A stretch of DNA of 64,000 nt from an uncultured Planctomycetaceae bacterium (GTDB taxonomy: Bacteria; Planctomycetota; Planctomycetia; Isosphaerales; Isosphaeraceae), in assembly GCA_963833985.1 (NCBI GenBank), contig CAWIAD010000001.1, positions 1,120,001 to 1,184,000 of the forward strand. The letters run 5' to 3'. This document shows positions 9,900-23,289 of the stretch, piece after piece. The position numbers and the translations under genes are program-made. The notes beneath the pieces are model-generated. The model saw only the letters and a program-made list of their open reading frames with translations. It searched no databases and was not told where the DNA came from. Positions within the stretch are counted from its first letter, which is position 1. Each line of letters starts with the position of its first letter.

Positions 9900-12891
9900 A
9901 TGGTCGGCCTCGCTGCCCGTTTGGTGCCGTATGCCCTGGCGTTCTTCAGCAGTCTTTGCATCATGGTCCTGGAACTGGTCTCCAGCCGCCTGGTGGCCCG
10001 TCACGTGGGGGCATCGCTGACGGTGTGGACCAGTGTCATCGGGGTGATCCTGGGCGGGATCTGCCTGGGCAACGTCCTGGGGGGCCGGCTGGCGGACAGG
10101 GTGCAACCGAGGCGGGCGGTCGGGCCGCTGCTGGCCCTGGGGTCGTTGCTGGTGCTCTGTTGCCTCTGGGTGAACGCCGAGGTGGGGCACCTGGTCCCCG
10201 CGCCGGAGTCGATCAACTGGGAGCTGCGCACCGTGCTGGTGGTGCTGCTGGACTTCCTGGTGCCCGCCACCGTGCTGGGGATGGTCGGGCCGGTGGTCGC
10301 GAAGATTGCCGTGGAGCAGGCGCAGCGGGCCGGTCAGCGCCATCGGCGACGTTTACTTCTGGGGCGCAGTGGGCTCGATCGCGGGCACGTTCCTGGCGGG
10401 GTTCGGGCTCATGTACCTCATCCCGTACTCGACGGTGGTGCAGGTCATCGCGGCTGCCCTGGCGCTGCTGGCCGCCGCCTTCTTCGGTCGCATGGGCGGG
10501 CTCGTGCTCGGGCTGCTCACGGCGGTACTGCTGGGGCTGGGCGCGATCAGCCCGCTGGTGCGCGCGATGGGGCTGGGCGGCCTGGACCTGGGCTCGTATC
10601 GCATCAACTACCTGTCACTGGGCGGAAATCTGACGGGACTGCTCCTCGGCGTCGTCGGGGCCGCGGGCCTGATTGCGGCGCGGAAGCAGGATGAGGGTCT
10701 GGAGGAGGCGACCAGCGAGAGCGCGGCTCGGCGGATCCGTCCGTGCCCCGGCGCAGCCTGTCTGACCTGGCCGTGCTGGCGTTCCTGGCGAGCCTGGGGT
10801 TCATGGCCCTGGAGATGGTGGCCGGGCGCATGGTGACGCGGCACCTGGGCTCCAGCATCTACGGCTGGACCAGCGTCATCGCGGTGTTGCTGGCGGGCCT
10901 GAGCGTGGGTAACTTCCTGGGCGGCCGCGCTGCCAACCGGATCAGAAGCGAGAAGCAGGCGAGCTGGCTGTTCCTGGTGGCTTCGATGCTGGTACTCAGC
11001 ATCCTGCTCCTGGAAGTGCCTCCCGGCTGGCTCCGGGAGTTCATCGATCCGGGTCCGCCCAAGAGCCTCTTGAGCGAGGCGATCACGTGGTCGGAGCTGA
11101 AGCTGCCGTTCCTGCCGGCCATCACCATGACGTGGCCCTACCGGGTCTTGCTCGTCACGACGCTGGTCTTCTTTCTTCCTTCGGTGTCCATGGGGACGGT
11201 CAGCCCGGTGGTGGCGAAGCTGGCCGTGGACCGGCTGAAGCGGTACAAGCGCACCGGTACGGCCATCGGCCAGGTGTACGCCTGGGGCATGGTCGGCAGC
11301 ATCCTGGGCACGTTCCTGACCGGGTTCGTGCTCATTGATGTGCTGGGAACCAAGGGGGTGCTGCTGGTTCTGGCAACCATCATGGCGTTCGCCGCCACGG
11401 TGCTGGGGTCGGTCTGGCACGCCGTCTGGGCGGGCGTTCCGCTCGGCCTCTGCGTGGTCGCCTTCATGCCGCTGGCCACGTTCCAGAAGATGGGCGAGGA
11501 CTGGGGAATTCGCGAGGTGAAGGGCGACCCGGCCATCCAGGACGAGGGCTTCGCCTGGATCGACGAGAGCAACTACTACTTCATCAAGGTGACCAACGAG
11601 CCCGAGGCCGACACCCAGCTCCAGCGCCGCACCCTGGTGCTCGACAACCTGATCCACGGCTACTTCGTGCTGGGCCATCCCGAGCGGCTGGACTATGACT
11701 ACGAGCATATCTATGCACTGGTGGCGTACCGGGCGGCCAAGGCGTCCGGCAGGATCACCCTGGCGCCGGATAGCCCCCCGACTACCCGCAAGGCGGCCGC
11801 CCGGGGCCGCGGCAGCCTTCCCGAGCAAGTGTTCGCCAGCGCCACCGAGACCCCGCAGAAACAATCACCCGAGCCCGTATCGAAGGACGCGGAGAACCCC
11901 AGGGGGAACGCCGGCGGGACCGATGGCGGGCAGGACAAGAAGCCGACCGATGGCGCAGGACAAGAAGCCGACCGACGGCGCGCAGGACAAGAAGCCGACC
12001 GATGGCGGGCAGGACAAGAAGCCAATCGTGAGCGACGACAGCGACGACGACGAATCGCCGATGTCGCCGGTGCTGCCGAAGGTCGAGCGGTCCACGCTCA
12101 GGACTCTCTTCCTGGGCGGCGGCGCCTACACCTTCCAGCGGCACATGCAATATGCCTACCCCGGCACCGAGGTCGACGTGGCCGAGATCGATCGGGCGGT
12201 CACCAACGCCAACTACCACGCGACGGGCCTGCCGCGTGATAACGCCACCATCAAGACCCACTGGGGTGACGCCCGGCAGTTCGTCGAGCGTAATCAGGAC
12301 GGCAAGCAGTACGACCTGATCTTCGGCGACGCGTTCAACGACTTCTCCGTCCCCTGGCACCTCACCACGCGTGAGTTCAATGACAAGATCGCCAAGATGA
12401 TGAGCCCGACCGGCGTGTACATGATCAACATCATCGACGTTTACGAATCCGACGGCGTGGCCCTGCGGAAGGCCGAGAAGCGCATCGAGAAGGAGAAGAT
12501 CACCGACCCGCAGGCACAGGAGCGGGTCCGCCGGCAGGAGCTGGCACGGGCGCACGGCTACGGCGGTTTCCTGGGCGCCTGGGCGAAGACCGCCGCACTC
12601 ACGTTCCCGCACCTGTACATCTTTGGCACCGACCGCGTGCCGGGCAACGGCATGCGCGAGACGTTCGTGGTGGTTGCCTCGCGCCAGCCTCTGGACCTTG
12701 CCGAGCTGGGCCGGCGCGACGACGACCCGCAGTTCTTCCACAACGACCGCCGCACCGAGCCAAAGCCCTACGATCCCGCGGACGAGAAGGCCATTTTCGA
12801 GAGCCGCTCCCGCGACATCATCCTGACGGATGATTACGCCCCGGTGGAAAACCTCCTCGCCCCGGTGGCCGAGACGCGGGCCGATGATTGA
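9900..12891 (+). CDS. Fused MFS-like membrane / spermidine synthase family protein (frameshifts near 10335, 10745, 11955)
   Basis: Two ELxxxRxxxxxxGxSxxxWTSVIxVxLxGxxxGNxLGG membrane repeats. LFLGGGAYT, EIDRAV, DARQF, YDLIFGDAF, HLTTREF, ILTDDYAPVE. Confidence 0.9.
11919..12024 (+). repeat. Coding 27-bp tandem repeat x4 (TDGGQDKKP); copy 2 lacks 2 nt
   Basis: ACCGATGGCGGGCAGGACAAGAAGCCG units start at 11919, 11946 (25 nt), 11971 and 11998. Confidence 0.9.
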
Positions 12892-12926
12892 ACCTCGAAC
12901 CAGCGAACTTCGCAGGGAAGTCAGCC

Positions 12927-13589
12927 ATGGCCGACACGAAACCGCCTGCCCACGGGAATGAGGCTGGCGAGCGCCCAGTGTTTCTGCCGCCAGAGGCGGT
13001 TGACGGAGGGGCCGGCCTTCCCAGGCCGAAGCCGGACCGGAGCTGGCTCTACATCGTCATCGCCTTCGTGGGCTTCTGGATCGTCTACCTCGCCTTCTTC
13101 GCGCCAGGGAACCGCCGGCCGCTGGAGAGCTCCGCCATCGACGTTCCGGCGGACTACGACTGGGCCGCGGAAGACCTCCACGGTCAGCCCGTGTCCTTTT
13201 CGCAGTTCAAGGGCAAGACCGTGTTCCTGAACATCTGGGCCACCTGGTGCGGCCCGTGCGTGGGCGAGATGCCGTCGATCGCCCGGCTGGCGGAGAACCC
13301 GCGGCTGAAGGACCGGAACATCGAGTTCGTATGCGTCTCCACCGACGACTCGACCGAGAAGGTGTCGCGGTTCGTGCGCGACAAGAACTGGGCGATGACC
13401 GTCCTGCGCTCCACGTCGTTCCCGCCGGTCTTCACCACCGAGGCCATCCCGGCCACGTTCATCATCTCGCCCGCTGGCCGCATCGTCGCGGCCGAGGTGG
13501 GTGCCAGCGACTGGGACACGCCCGAGACCCTGGCGTTCCTCGAGAAGACCGCCGCGGGCTCCGAGCCGGACAGGAACGCGAAACCATGA
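12927..13589 (+). CDS. TlpA-family disulfide reductase / redoxin
   Basis: N-terminal TM; KGKTVFLNIWATWCGPCVGEMP. Confidence 0.92.
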   Translation: MADTKPPAHGNEAGERPVFLPPEAVDGGAGLPRPKPDRSWLYIVIAFVGFWIVYLAFFAPGNRRPLESSAIDVPADYDWAAEDLHGQPVSFSQFKGKTVFLNIWATWCGPCVGEMPSIARLAENPRLKDRNIEFVCVSTDDSTEKVSRFVRDKNWAMTVLRSTSFPPVFTTEAIPATFIISPAGRIVAAEVGASDWDTPETLAFLEKTAAGSEPDRNAKP

Positions 13590-13666
13590 CGGGAGCCGGA
13601 CAGAACCGGTGAATCCGCCGGCCGGGGGAACCGCGGAGACAGTCCGCAGCCTCCGCGCCACGCGGT

Positions 13667-14991
13667 TCAGAGCAGGTGCCGCGCCTTGATTTCCAGGTAG
13701 CGGCTGACCAGGTCGCCGGTGAGGTCCTGGGGGAAGACGTCGAGCGTGAGCACGCCCCGCCTGCGCAGGCCGGCCATGACGCGCTCGCGCCAGTTCAGCA
13801 GGTCGGCGGCGGCGGCGCCACGGAACAGGCCCGGCCCCTGTTCCGGCGCGTCGTCGGCCATGGCGAAGAGATCCAGGTCACGCAGGAAGACGCCCAGGGG
13901 CAAGTGCCGGCCGGTCAGGTTTCCCAGGTATTCCGAGACGATCTGGGCGTTTACGTCATCGAACAGGTTGGTCAGCAGGACCACCAGCGACCGCTTGCGG
14001 CACCGCTCTTCAAGCTCGACGAACGCGCGATCGTAGCGCGGCTCCACGGGCTCGGGGAAGACGTTGTGCACCGCGTGCACCAGCCGCCGGATCCGCCGCG
14101 ATCCGCCCGCCGGCGGGATGTACGCGCGGGTGCGGTCGGAGAAGGCCAGCAGGCCGACCTGGTCGTTGCGGATGAGCGCGACATGGGCCAGCAGCAGCAT
14201 GGCGTTCAGCGCGTGGTCCAGCGGTGAGAGCCCGCCGCCGGTGTCTCCGGCCATCATCCTGCCGCAATCGATCAAAAAGATGATCCGCTGGCTCTGGTTG
14301 TGCTGGTGCGCGCGGACGGTGAGCTTGCGCCTCCGCGCGGTGGCCCGCCAGTCCAGGTGCCGAGGGTCGTCGCCCTCGATGTAGTCGCGCAGCCGCTCGA
14401 ACTCGTTATCCGTGCCCAGCCGGCGCGAGCCGCGCAGGCCCAGCACGCTGAGCCGGTCGCGCCGCGCCAGCATGGTGTAGCGGGCAATCTGACGCACGTC
14501 GGGGTAGACGCGCAGCACGGTGCGCGCCGGCAGCGAGATCGACCGCTGCCAGAGGCCCAGCCGGCTCTGCACCAGAGCGTCGACCTGCTCGAACGCATAC
14601 GTCCCGCGCCGGCCGGGGAGAATCCTGTACTCGATCTCGACATGGCTGCGGCCCGGCACCAGGATGTGGAACTCGCCGGGTTCGGCCGTGAAGCCGGCCG
14701 GCACGTCGTCGCGCAGCCGCAGCCGGCGGGCCCTGCGGGAAAGATTCTCGATGGCCAGCGTGACGTTCTGGGCCTCTCCCAGCGAGCAGGTCGTCTCGCA
14801 GCGTCGGTCGACCCGCACCCGGGCCCCCCCGCGCAGGCTGAGCAGGTCCACCGCCGCCACCAGGGCCACGGCGATGTCGAGCACCAGCACGACCGGCTGC
14901 ATCGCCTCGCTGGCGAAGACGCCCAGGGACAGCAAGGCGGGCAAGAGCAGCGCGCGGGGCAGTGCACGGCCCGGCCAGATCATTGGCAGCT

Positions 14992-14995
<4 letters not shown>
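13667..14995 (-). CDS. DUF58 (vWA-like) protein of a MoxR cluster
   Basis: EFERLRDYIEGDDPRHLDWRATARR, LIDCGRMM; directly downstream of MoxR. Confidence 0.92.
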
Positions 14996-15935
<940 letters not shown>

Positions 15936-16384
15936 GGCACTTTCCGCGGAAGCCGAAGCCGGTTCCGGCGCCGCTGCCGGATGGGCGTTCGCTGTGGCCG
16001 TATGGGGTTCCTCGGGCGCAGCGCCGCGCCTTCAGGCTCGGGTTCATTCATTGGCCGACAGACTCCTCAGGGCATGCGATGAGAACCAAACCCATAAGAT
16101 CAAATGCGATGGCTGAAGGGAAGCAAGCAGCGACGGAACGGGCCGGGCAGGGACGTGCGGGAAACGCCGGGCAAGCCGCGCGGCGACGCAGGGAAATCCT
16201 GCTCTGGCGCGAGGCGCTGAAACCGCCCACCGCGAGGTCCGCTTGCGCGGCTGGCAGCGGATGTAAGGCCCTGCAAGATCGCAAACAGGCATTTCCTGTG
16301 GCCGGGCGCGGCACCCGCGGCCGATGGAAAGACAGATCACCCTGGATCCGCACCCGAAGTCCGCGCAGCGACGAACAGCGAACC

Positions 16385-18236
16385 ATGACGCACAGCGCTT
16401 GCTCGACCAGGATTAGCTGGCCGGGCGTATCATCGTTCCTTCACGGCCGGGGCGCCGTGCCGGCTCGCCGCCGGGCCCTGAGGCGCCGGGTCCTCATCGT
16501 GGCTTGCGCCATGGCGCTCGGGGGCTGCCGGCAGACCGAGCCGCGCGTGGTTGCCGTGCTTCCCCGGCCCCTGGTGACCACCCGCGAATCGCGCTCGCTC
16601 CTGCCGCGCGCCCGCTCCGCGCTGGGCGCCGGGCACCGGCTGGAGCACCAGGGTTCGGATGCCAGCGTCGACGCGTATTATCGAGCAGCGGTCGACGCGT
16701 ATGCCGCCGTCACCGTGACGGCAGCGGTCGTGGGGACCAGTCATGGCGATTTCCGCGCAGCGCAGGAGATCTACAACGAGAGCCTGCGCGACTGTCTGCG
16801 CGCTGCGCAGCGGTTCGGCAGGATCGACGCCCGGTCGCAGCTCGTGATCAACACGCCTGCCGGCTCGCATGCCGTGCCCATCGTGCACCGCGGTTTCGTC
16901 TGGAAGCCCGAAGATTTCGGCCGTGTTGCCGACCCGACGCGGCTGGACCGCAACCCCAACGAGCACGGCGCGGACGCGAAGCGGCCAGGGCTTGGCGCCG
17001 ACGTGGCTGTCGGCCGCGTCAATCCGAACCTCTCGCCAGACGACCGCTTCCTGCCGCGCGAAGCCGCGTTCGACGCCACGGCCGTGCTCCGCCCCGACCT
17101 CGACGCCTGGCTCGACCCCCAGCTCCAGGGAACCAGGCCCCCCGCCGATGTCCTGGAGTTCCACGATCCGCTCCGCGTGCCGTCCGTCATCCTTGCTGGT
17201 CAGTCCATTGCTCTGGCCGCAAACCATGCCGCGGCGAACGCCCTGGCCCACCAGGTTGCCGCCGATCGCGGACCCTTCGCGCTGGCCGGCCTGGCTCGGC
17301 CCTCCACGGTCCTGGACAAGGCGGACATCCGCATGATCGAGCCCTACCAGCCAGGCAAGATCCCGGTTCTTCTGGTCCATGGCCTGGGCGACGACCCGTT
17401 CATGTTCAACGACATGATGGTGGCGCTGCGCCGCACGCCCGGCTTCCTGGAGCGATACCAGTTGTGGGTCTTTCGCTACCCGACAGGCATCACCTTCCTG
17501 CGCTCGGCCGCCATGCTGCGCTCGGAGCTGGGCGACATCAGCACCGCGCTGGACCCTCGCGGCAACGACCCGGCGCTGCGGAACATGGTGCTGGTGGGCT
17601 ACAGCATGGGCGGGCTGATCAGCAAGCTGCAAGTGACCAGCAGCGCAGACCGCCTCTGGGCCGAGGGTGCAAACCGGCCGCTGGAGAGCCTGGTCACTTC
17701 CGAACAGACACGCTCGTTCCTGCGCAAACTGTTCTTCTTCGAGCCCATGCCCATGGTCCGCCGCGTGATCTTCATCGCCACGCCGCACGACGGCTCGCCG
17801 GTCGCCAGCTCGATCGTGGGCAGGCTGGCCACCCGCCTGGTTCAGCGCCCCTCGGATGCCGAGGCGATGATCGACCAGATTCAGCGCGACAACCCCGGAG
17901 GCGCTCAAGCCCTTTCTGATGCGGCGGGTTCCCAGCAGTATCGACGTGCTGGATGTGGACAACCCGCTGCTCCCCGCCATGCGCCAGCTTCTCTTCAGTC
18001 CTGGCGTCACGCTACACACGATCGCCGGCTACGGGCCTCATTCCCCTGAAAGGGCGCGGGGCGACCTGGTCGTGCCGCTCTCCAGCGCGCATCTCGATCA
18101 GGCGGCCAGCGAGCTCTGGGTTCCCGCCATCCACACCAATATCTATTACCAGCCGGAAACCATTGCCGAGGTCCAGCGCATCCTCGCCGAGCACGCGGCG
18201 TCGAGTGGCCCGGTCGGCGGGACCGGGCCGCACTGA
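16385..18236 (+). CDS. Alpha/beta-hydrolase (esterase/lipase-like) lipoprotein, frameshift near 17905
   Basis: ALGGC lipobox-like, EPYQPGKIPVLLVHGL, GYSMGG nucleophile elbow, IATPHDGS. GDLVVPLSSAH..HT lies in ORF 17919-18236. Confidence 0.88.
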
Positions 18237-18265
18237 CCGTCCGGCCGCGGGCGCTCCGGGGCCAA

Positions 18266-18769
18266 TCACCGAAGGCTGGTCAGCACCAGCGGGAACGAGA
18301 CGTCCTGCCCATGCAGGGCGACCTTCACGCGGCCCGAGATGCGCTCGTCCGGCATCGGAAACGGCGGCGAGGCGAAGCGGGCGGACGGGGCAGGGTCGCC
18401 GGTCGCCGGCTCGCTCTTCAGCTCGTACGGTTGCATGTAATGGTTGGACAGCGTACCGGGCAGGCCCAGCTCGGCCACGACTTTTTCGGGAAGGGGGCTG
18501 AGCGGGCTCTGGCCGTCGGGTTCCACAAAGCAGATCACGATGCGAGCCATGCTTCCCTTCTTGAGACCCGCGGTCAGTCCGGCGCGCCGGTTCTTGCCCG
18601 CCGGCTCGGCTTTCGACTTCGCGACGGGCTCCAGCCGGGCCTCGCCGTAGCCGAGACCGCCGGGAATGGGAATTGCCGGAAGTCCGTGCGGTCCAAGTAC
18701 GGCGGGGCTGGCATTCCGCGGTCCGCTGCCGCAGCCAGCGGTCCAGAGGACAACCAGAACGAGCATCAC
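18266..18769 (-). CDS. Hypothetical lipoprotein downstream of the DUF1559 gene
   Basis: LVLVVLWTAGC lipobox; position typical of DUF1559 partner genes. Confidence 0.65.
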   Translation of the reverse strand: MMLVLVVLWTAGCGSGPRNASPAVLGPHGLPAIPIPGGLGYGEARLEPVAKSKAEPAGKNRRAGLTAGLKKGSMARIVICFVEPDGQSPLSPLPEKVVAELGLPGTLSNHYMQPYELKSEPATGDPAPSARFASPPFPMPDERISGRVKVALHGQDVSFPLVLTSLR

Positions 18770-18845
18770 GATCCGAGGCGCGGCGAGGTGGTCGCGACTG
18801 GCTCGCCGCCCGCCGCTGGCGGCGAGGGTCGTCGCCCTTGCGGAA

Positions 18846-19945
<1,100 letters not shown>

Positions 19946-20316
19946 TGCCGGCTCATGTTTTCCTCCGAAAAGTCGGCCGGAGCACCCGCCAGGAAAGGGA
20001 GGGAACGGATGCTCGCGGTCGTGCCACTCTCGCCGCGGCTTGCTTGGGTCCAGGCCGCGGGCGATCCAAAAACGGGTGGGTACGATCGGCTGCTCCGGCG
20101 GAGGCCCGTGCGGACCTGCGCGCCGAGGCGGACGCCCTGGGGCCATTCCTCGTGCCCCAGGGCAGATTAACCACGCGGCACGACGAAATCAAGCACTTGT
20201 TTCATGAAAGTTAAACTTTTTTCGATCATGCCGTATGGCCATTCGAGATCGCCGCGCGCAGGGGAGTGCGTCCGGATCGCCGCGTGGTGGTGACGACCGC
20301 GGTGAAGCTGGTCGTC

Positions 20317-21525
20317 TCACGGAGCGCTGGCCGGCTGCTGCTGGGGCCTGGCTTCGCCTGTTGCGCGTGTCCCCTCGTGGGGAGTTCGGGCGAAGCGCCA
20401 GCGGCGGTAGGTCTCCAGCAGCTCCTTGGCCGCGGCCGCTCCCCGGGTGCGCTGAAGCAGGGTTCCCAGGGCCTCGGCATGTGCGGCCGGGCGGTCGGCG
20501 TCGGACGGTGGGTCGGGCCGGGGTCGGCCCAGCCGCGGGGCGCGGGCCAGGCAGGCCAGCACGCCAAGCAGCGACAGGTGAATCGCCACCCAGCGGAAGG
20601 TCTTGATTTGCCTGATGAGGTCGATGAGTGTGGGGGGAGATTCCGCTTCCTCGAGCGGAAACGAGCCCTCCACGAAGGCCACGCGCCGGGCCTCGTCGCC
20701 AATCCACTCCAGCACGGCCTCCGCCAGCGGACGCCGCGCGCGGTTGACCAGCGGCAGGTTGAGCAGGAATGAGCCGTTGGCGATGGCCAGCACACGGCTT
20801 CCCCGATCCACTTCCCATTCCATGGCCAGAACGTCTCCGTCGCCGGTCAGGAGAACGACTTCCTGGGTCGGCTTGAGCGGCTCGTGAACCACCAGCGCCG
20901 CGGCTTCCGGGTCGATGTCCTCGGCCCAGGGGCCGCCCAGGGTCTTGCAGGTCCGGGGCGGGCTTGCTGGTTTGCCCACGGCGAACCAGGTTTCGGGGTC
21001 GGCCGGTGTCTCCTCTTTTCTGGGCAAGCGTGACGCCCATCCACCGGCCTTGTCCCGGTTCGCCTCGGCCAGCATACGGCGCTCCTGATCGCCCGCCTCG
21101 CCGAGTCGCTGCACCGCGAGCGACCAGTATTCCGCCTCGGCGTCGAAATCGCGCACCACGTACACCAGGGCCCGGTCTGGCCGGTCGGAGAGCCATTCCT
21201 CGTACCAGTCGGCCTCGTTCTCGCCGGGCGGGCCGGGGACGGCGGCAAAGCGGACGATCGCGTCGGCCCAGGTGGAAAGCTCGGGTGTCAATCGCCAGGC
21301 GGAGCGCACCTCGTGACCGCGGCTCTTCAGCAATTCCGCCAGCGTTCCGGTACCGTTGATACTGGCCCCGTGAGTGCCGCCGTAGCCGCGCTCCGGGCCC
21401 GAGGTGTTGCCCAGACCTTGCAGGACGGCCAGGCACACGAGGGCAAGGACCAGCGCGGCCGCGAGTCCCAGGGCGATGATGCCAATCCACGACCATCGTC
21501 CGCGGGCGGGAGAAACGGATGCCAT
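20317..21525 (-). CDS. DUF4350-like membrane protein of a MoxR-associated cluster
   Basis: N-terminal TM, YG..GASINGTGTLAELL, RLGRPR..AAHAEALGTLLQRT. Confidence 0.75.
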   Translation of the reverse strand: MASVSPARGRWSWIGIIALGLAAALVLALVCLAVLQGLGNTSGPERGYGGTHGASINGTGTLAELLKSRGHEVRSAWRLTPELSTWADAIVRFAAVPGPPGENEADWYEEWLSDRPDRALVYVVRDFDAEAEYWSLAVQRLGEAGDQERRMLAEANRDKAGGWASRLPRKEETPADPETWFAVGKPASPPRTCKTLGGPWAEDIDPEAAALVVHEPLKPTQEVVLLTGDGDVLAMEWEVDRGSRVLAIANGSFLLNLPLVNRARRPLAEAVLEWIGDEARRVAFVEGSFPLEEAESPPTLIDLIRQIKTFRWVAIHLSLLGVLACLARAPRLGRPRPDPPSDADRPAAHAEALGTLLQRTRGAAAAKELLETYRRWRFARTPHEGTRATGEARPQQQPASAP

Positions 21526-21529
21526 GGGC

Positions 21530-22308
21530 TCAGCTCACCTGGATGGTCTGGAGCCGGCGGCGGAACGCTTCGGCGCTGGCCCAGACGCGCTCGAACTCGT
21601 CCCGATCGGGACGCCGATGACCGTAATAGACATCTTCAAACACCTGGAGCGTTGCCCGCAGGCTGTTGCGCAGCAGTGTATCGTCGAGCCCGCCGGCGTA
21701 CTGCCGCGCCGTCCGGCCCGGCATCAGGCGAACCAGTCCCACCCTTTGCAGGCCCACAAGCTGGTCGAGGAAGAGCCAGACCACCGCGCCGGCGAGGTCT
21801 CCGTCCGCCCGGCGGCGCAGGGCTTCCGCCCAGGGGTCGATTCCCTCCGCCGCCATGCTCGCCGGCAGGCCGGCCGCTCGAACGGCGTCACCGATCCTCA
21901 CGGCGGGCTCGGTCGCCTCTGGCTCGGGACCGGCGCCCAGCCGCCAGAACCGCCAGAGCAACCAGAAAAAGAGGACTCCCGCGGCGATGAACAGCAGCGT
22001 CGCCAGAGCGCTGCCCAGCCCACTGGAACCGGGAGTCGACAGCCCGCGACGCTGGCCGAAGAGGTGGCCCAGCCAGTCGAAGAACGAATCGACGCGCTTG
22101 CCGATCCACACGCTCCATGTCGATGGATCCGGGAGCAGTGGTTTGACTCCATCGCTCTCGCTGTCGTACCAGGGATAGGCTTGCTGCTTGAGGGCCGCGC
22201 GGACCGGAGAGTCCAGCTCCGGCGCGAGCTCTGGCCCAGACCTTGAGCACCGGAGGCGACTGTCACGGTCCCGAGCCATATCACCACGAGCCCGACCCGC
22301 AGCCTCAC
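21530..22308 (-). CDS. DUF4129 domain protein (probable frameshift near 22230)
   Basis: YPWYD, a TM segment, and EALRRRADGDLAGAVVWLF..GRTARQY..FEDVYYG. Signal peptide is in another frame from GTG 22308. Confidence 0.8.
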
Positions 22309-23084
22309 GTTCGTCCCTCCTCCAGCTCTTTCCCCAGGTTCTGTAGCCGCAGCCGCAGCTCCCACCCTTCGGAGCGAATCCGCTGGTCGATGTAAATCAG
22401 GAACCGCGCCACAGCGAAGAAGGCGATCGCGATCCAGACCCCAAGCTGAAACCGCAGCCCGTCGAAATCCGTCGGCTCGGGCTCATACCAGGTGACCTCC
22501 GTCTCCATCAGGGCGGAGGTCACTGCACCGGTGCCCACCCAGAAGCAGGCCGCGAACACCGCCCCGAACGCGATCTGGCCGAGCCACTGGAGGAAGAATT
22601 GCCCCGTGCGCCCGGTCGAGAGCTGGCCGCAGCGCCGCACCGCCCGCCAGACCGGGGCTTTCTCCAGCAGGATCACCTCGTTGCAGAACCAGAGCTGCCC
22701 GGGGAGCAACGGAATCAAGAGAACTGTCATGCAGAGGAGACACCGGATGATCACATGGACGGTGAACAGCCAGGGGAGGGCGATGAGCGTCCTCCAGAGG
22801 ATGATGCGCAGCCGGGGAGGACGGTCGAACATCAGCCCCCCCAGCACCAGGGTCAGCGGCACGGTGGCCCAGGGTGCCTCGAAGAAGAGCAGCAGCAGCC
22901 AGAAGCCGGGGGGCGTCTCGGGGTCCGACATGAGCCAGGAGTTCAGCGCCGCGAACGGGGCGATTCCGGCTGCCGCGGCCAGCGCCAGCGTGACCGGCCT
23001 GTGGCGCACGACCAGGAGCGCCAGGTCCAGCAGGTCGAGGGGCGACCGCTCGCGGATCTGAACGAGTGTCCGATCATTGGCCAT
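22305..23084 (-). CDS. Conserved membrane protein of the DUF4129/DUF4350/MoxR cluster
   Basis: IRERSPLDLLDLAL..EVILLEK..YIDQRIRSEGWELRLRL; several TMs. Confidence 0.8.
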   Translation of the reverse strand: MANDRTLVQIRERSPLDLLDLALLVVRHRPVTLALAAAAGIAPFAALNSWLMSDPETPPGFWLLLLFFEAPWATVPLTLVLGGLMFDRPPRLRIILWRTLIALPWLFTVHVIIRCLLCMTVLLIPLLPGQLWFCNEVILLEKAPVWRAVRRCGQLSTGRTGQFFLQWLGQIAFGAVFAACFWVGTGAVTSALMETEVTWYEPEPTDFDGLRFQLGVWIAIAFFAVARFLIYIDQRIRSEGWELRLRLQNLGKELEEGRT

Positions 23085-23289
23085 AGCGCCGCCTGGAAGA
23101 TCCTCGAGTCGCTCGGTGGATCGCGGTTCCCGCAAGGCGATCGTAGAGCAATCGCCGCCAGGCGGCAAGCGGCTAACCAGCGAGTGGCGCGGCGCACCGC
23201 CCATGCGAAGCTGGCGATCGCAGGGGCCGGGCACGATCTCCGAGTCCCGGCGGGGAAGCTGAGTAAGATCGTGCCGGCCGACGTCTCTC

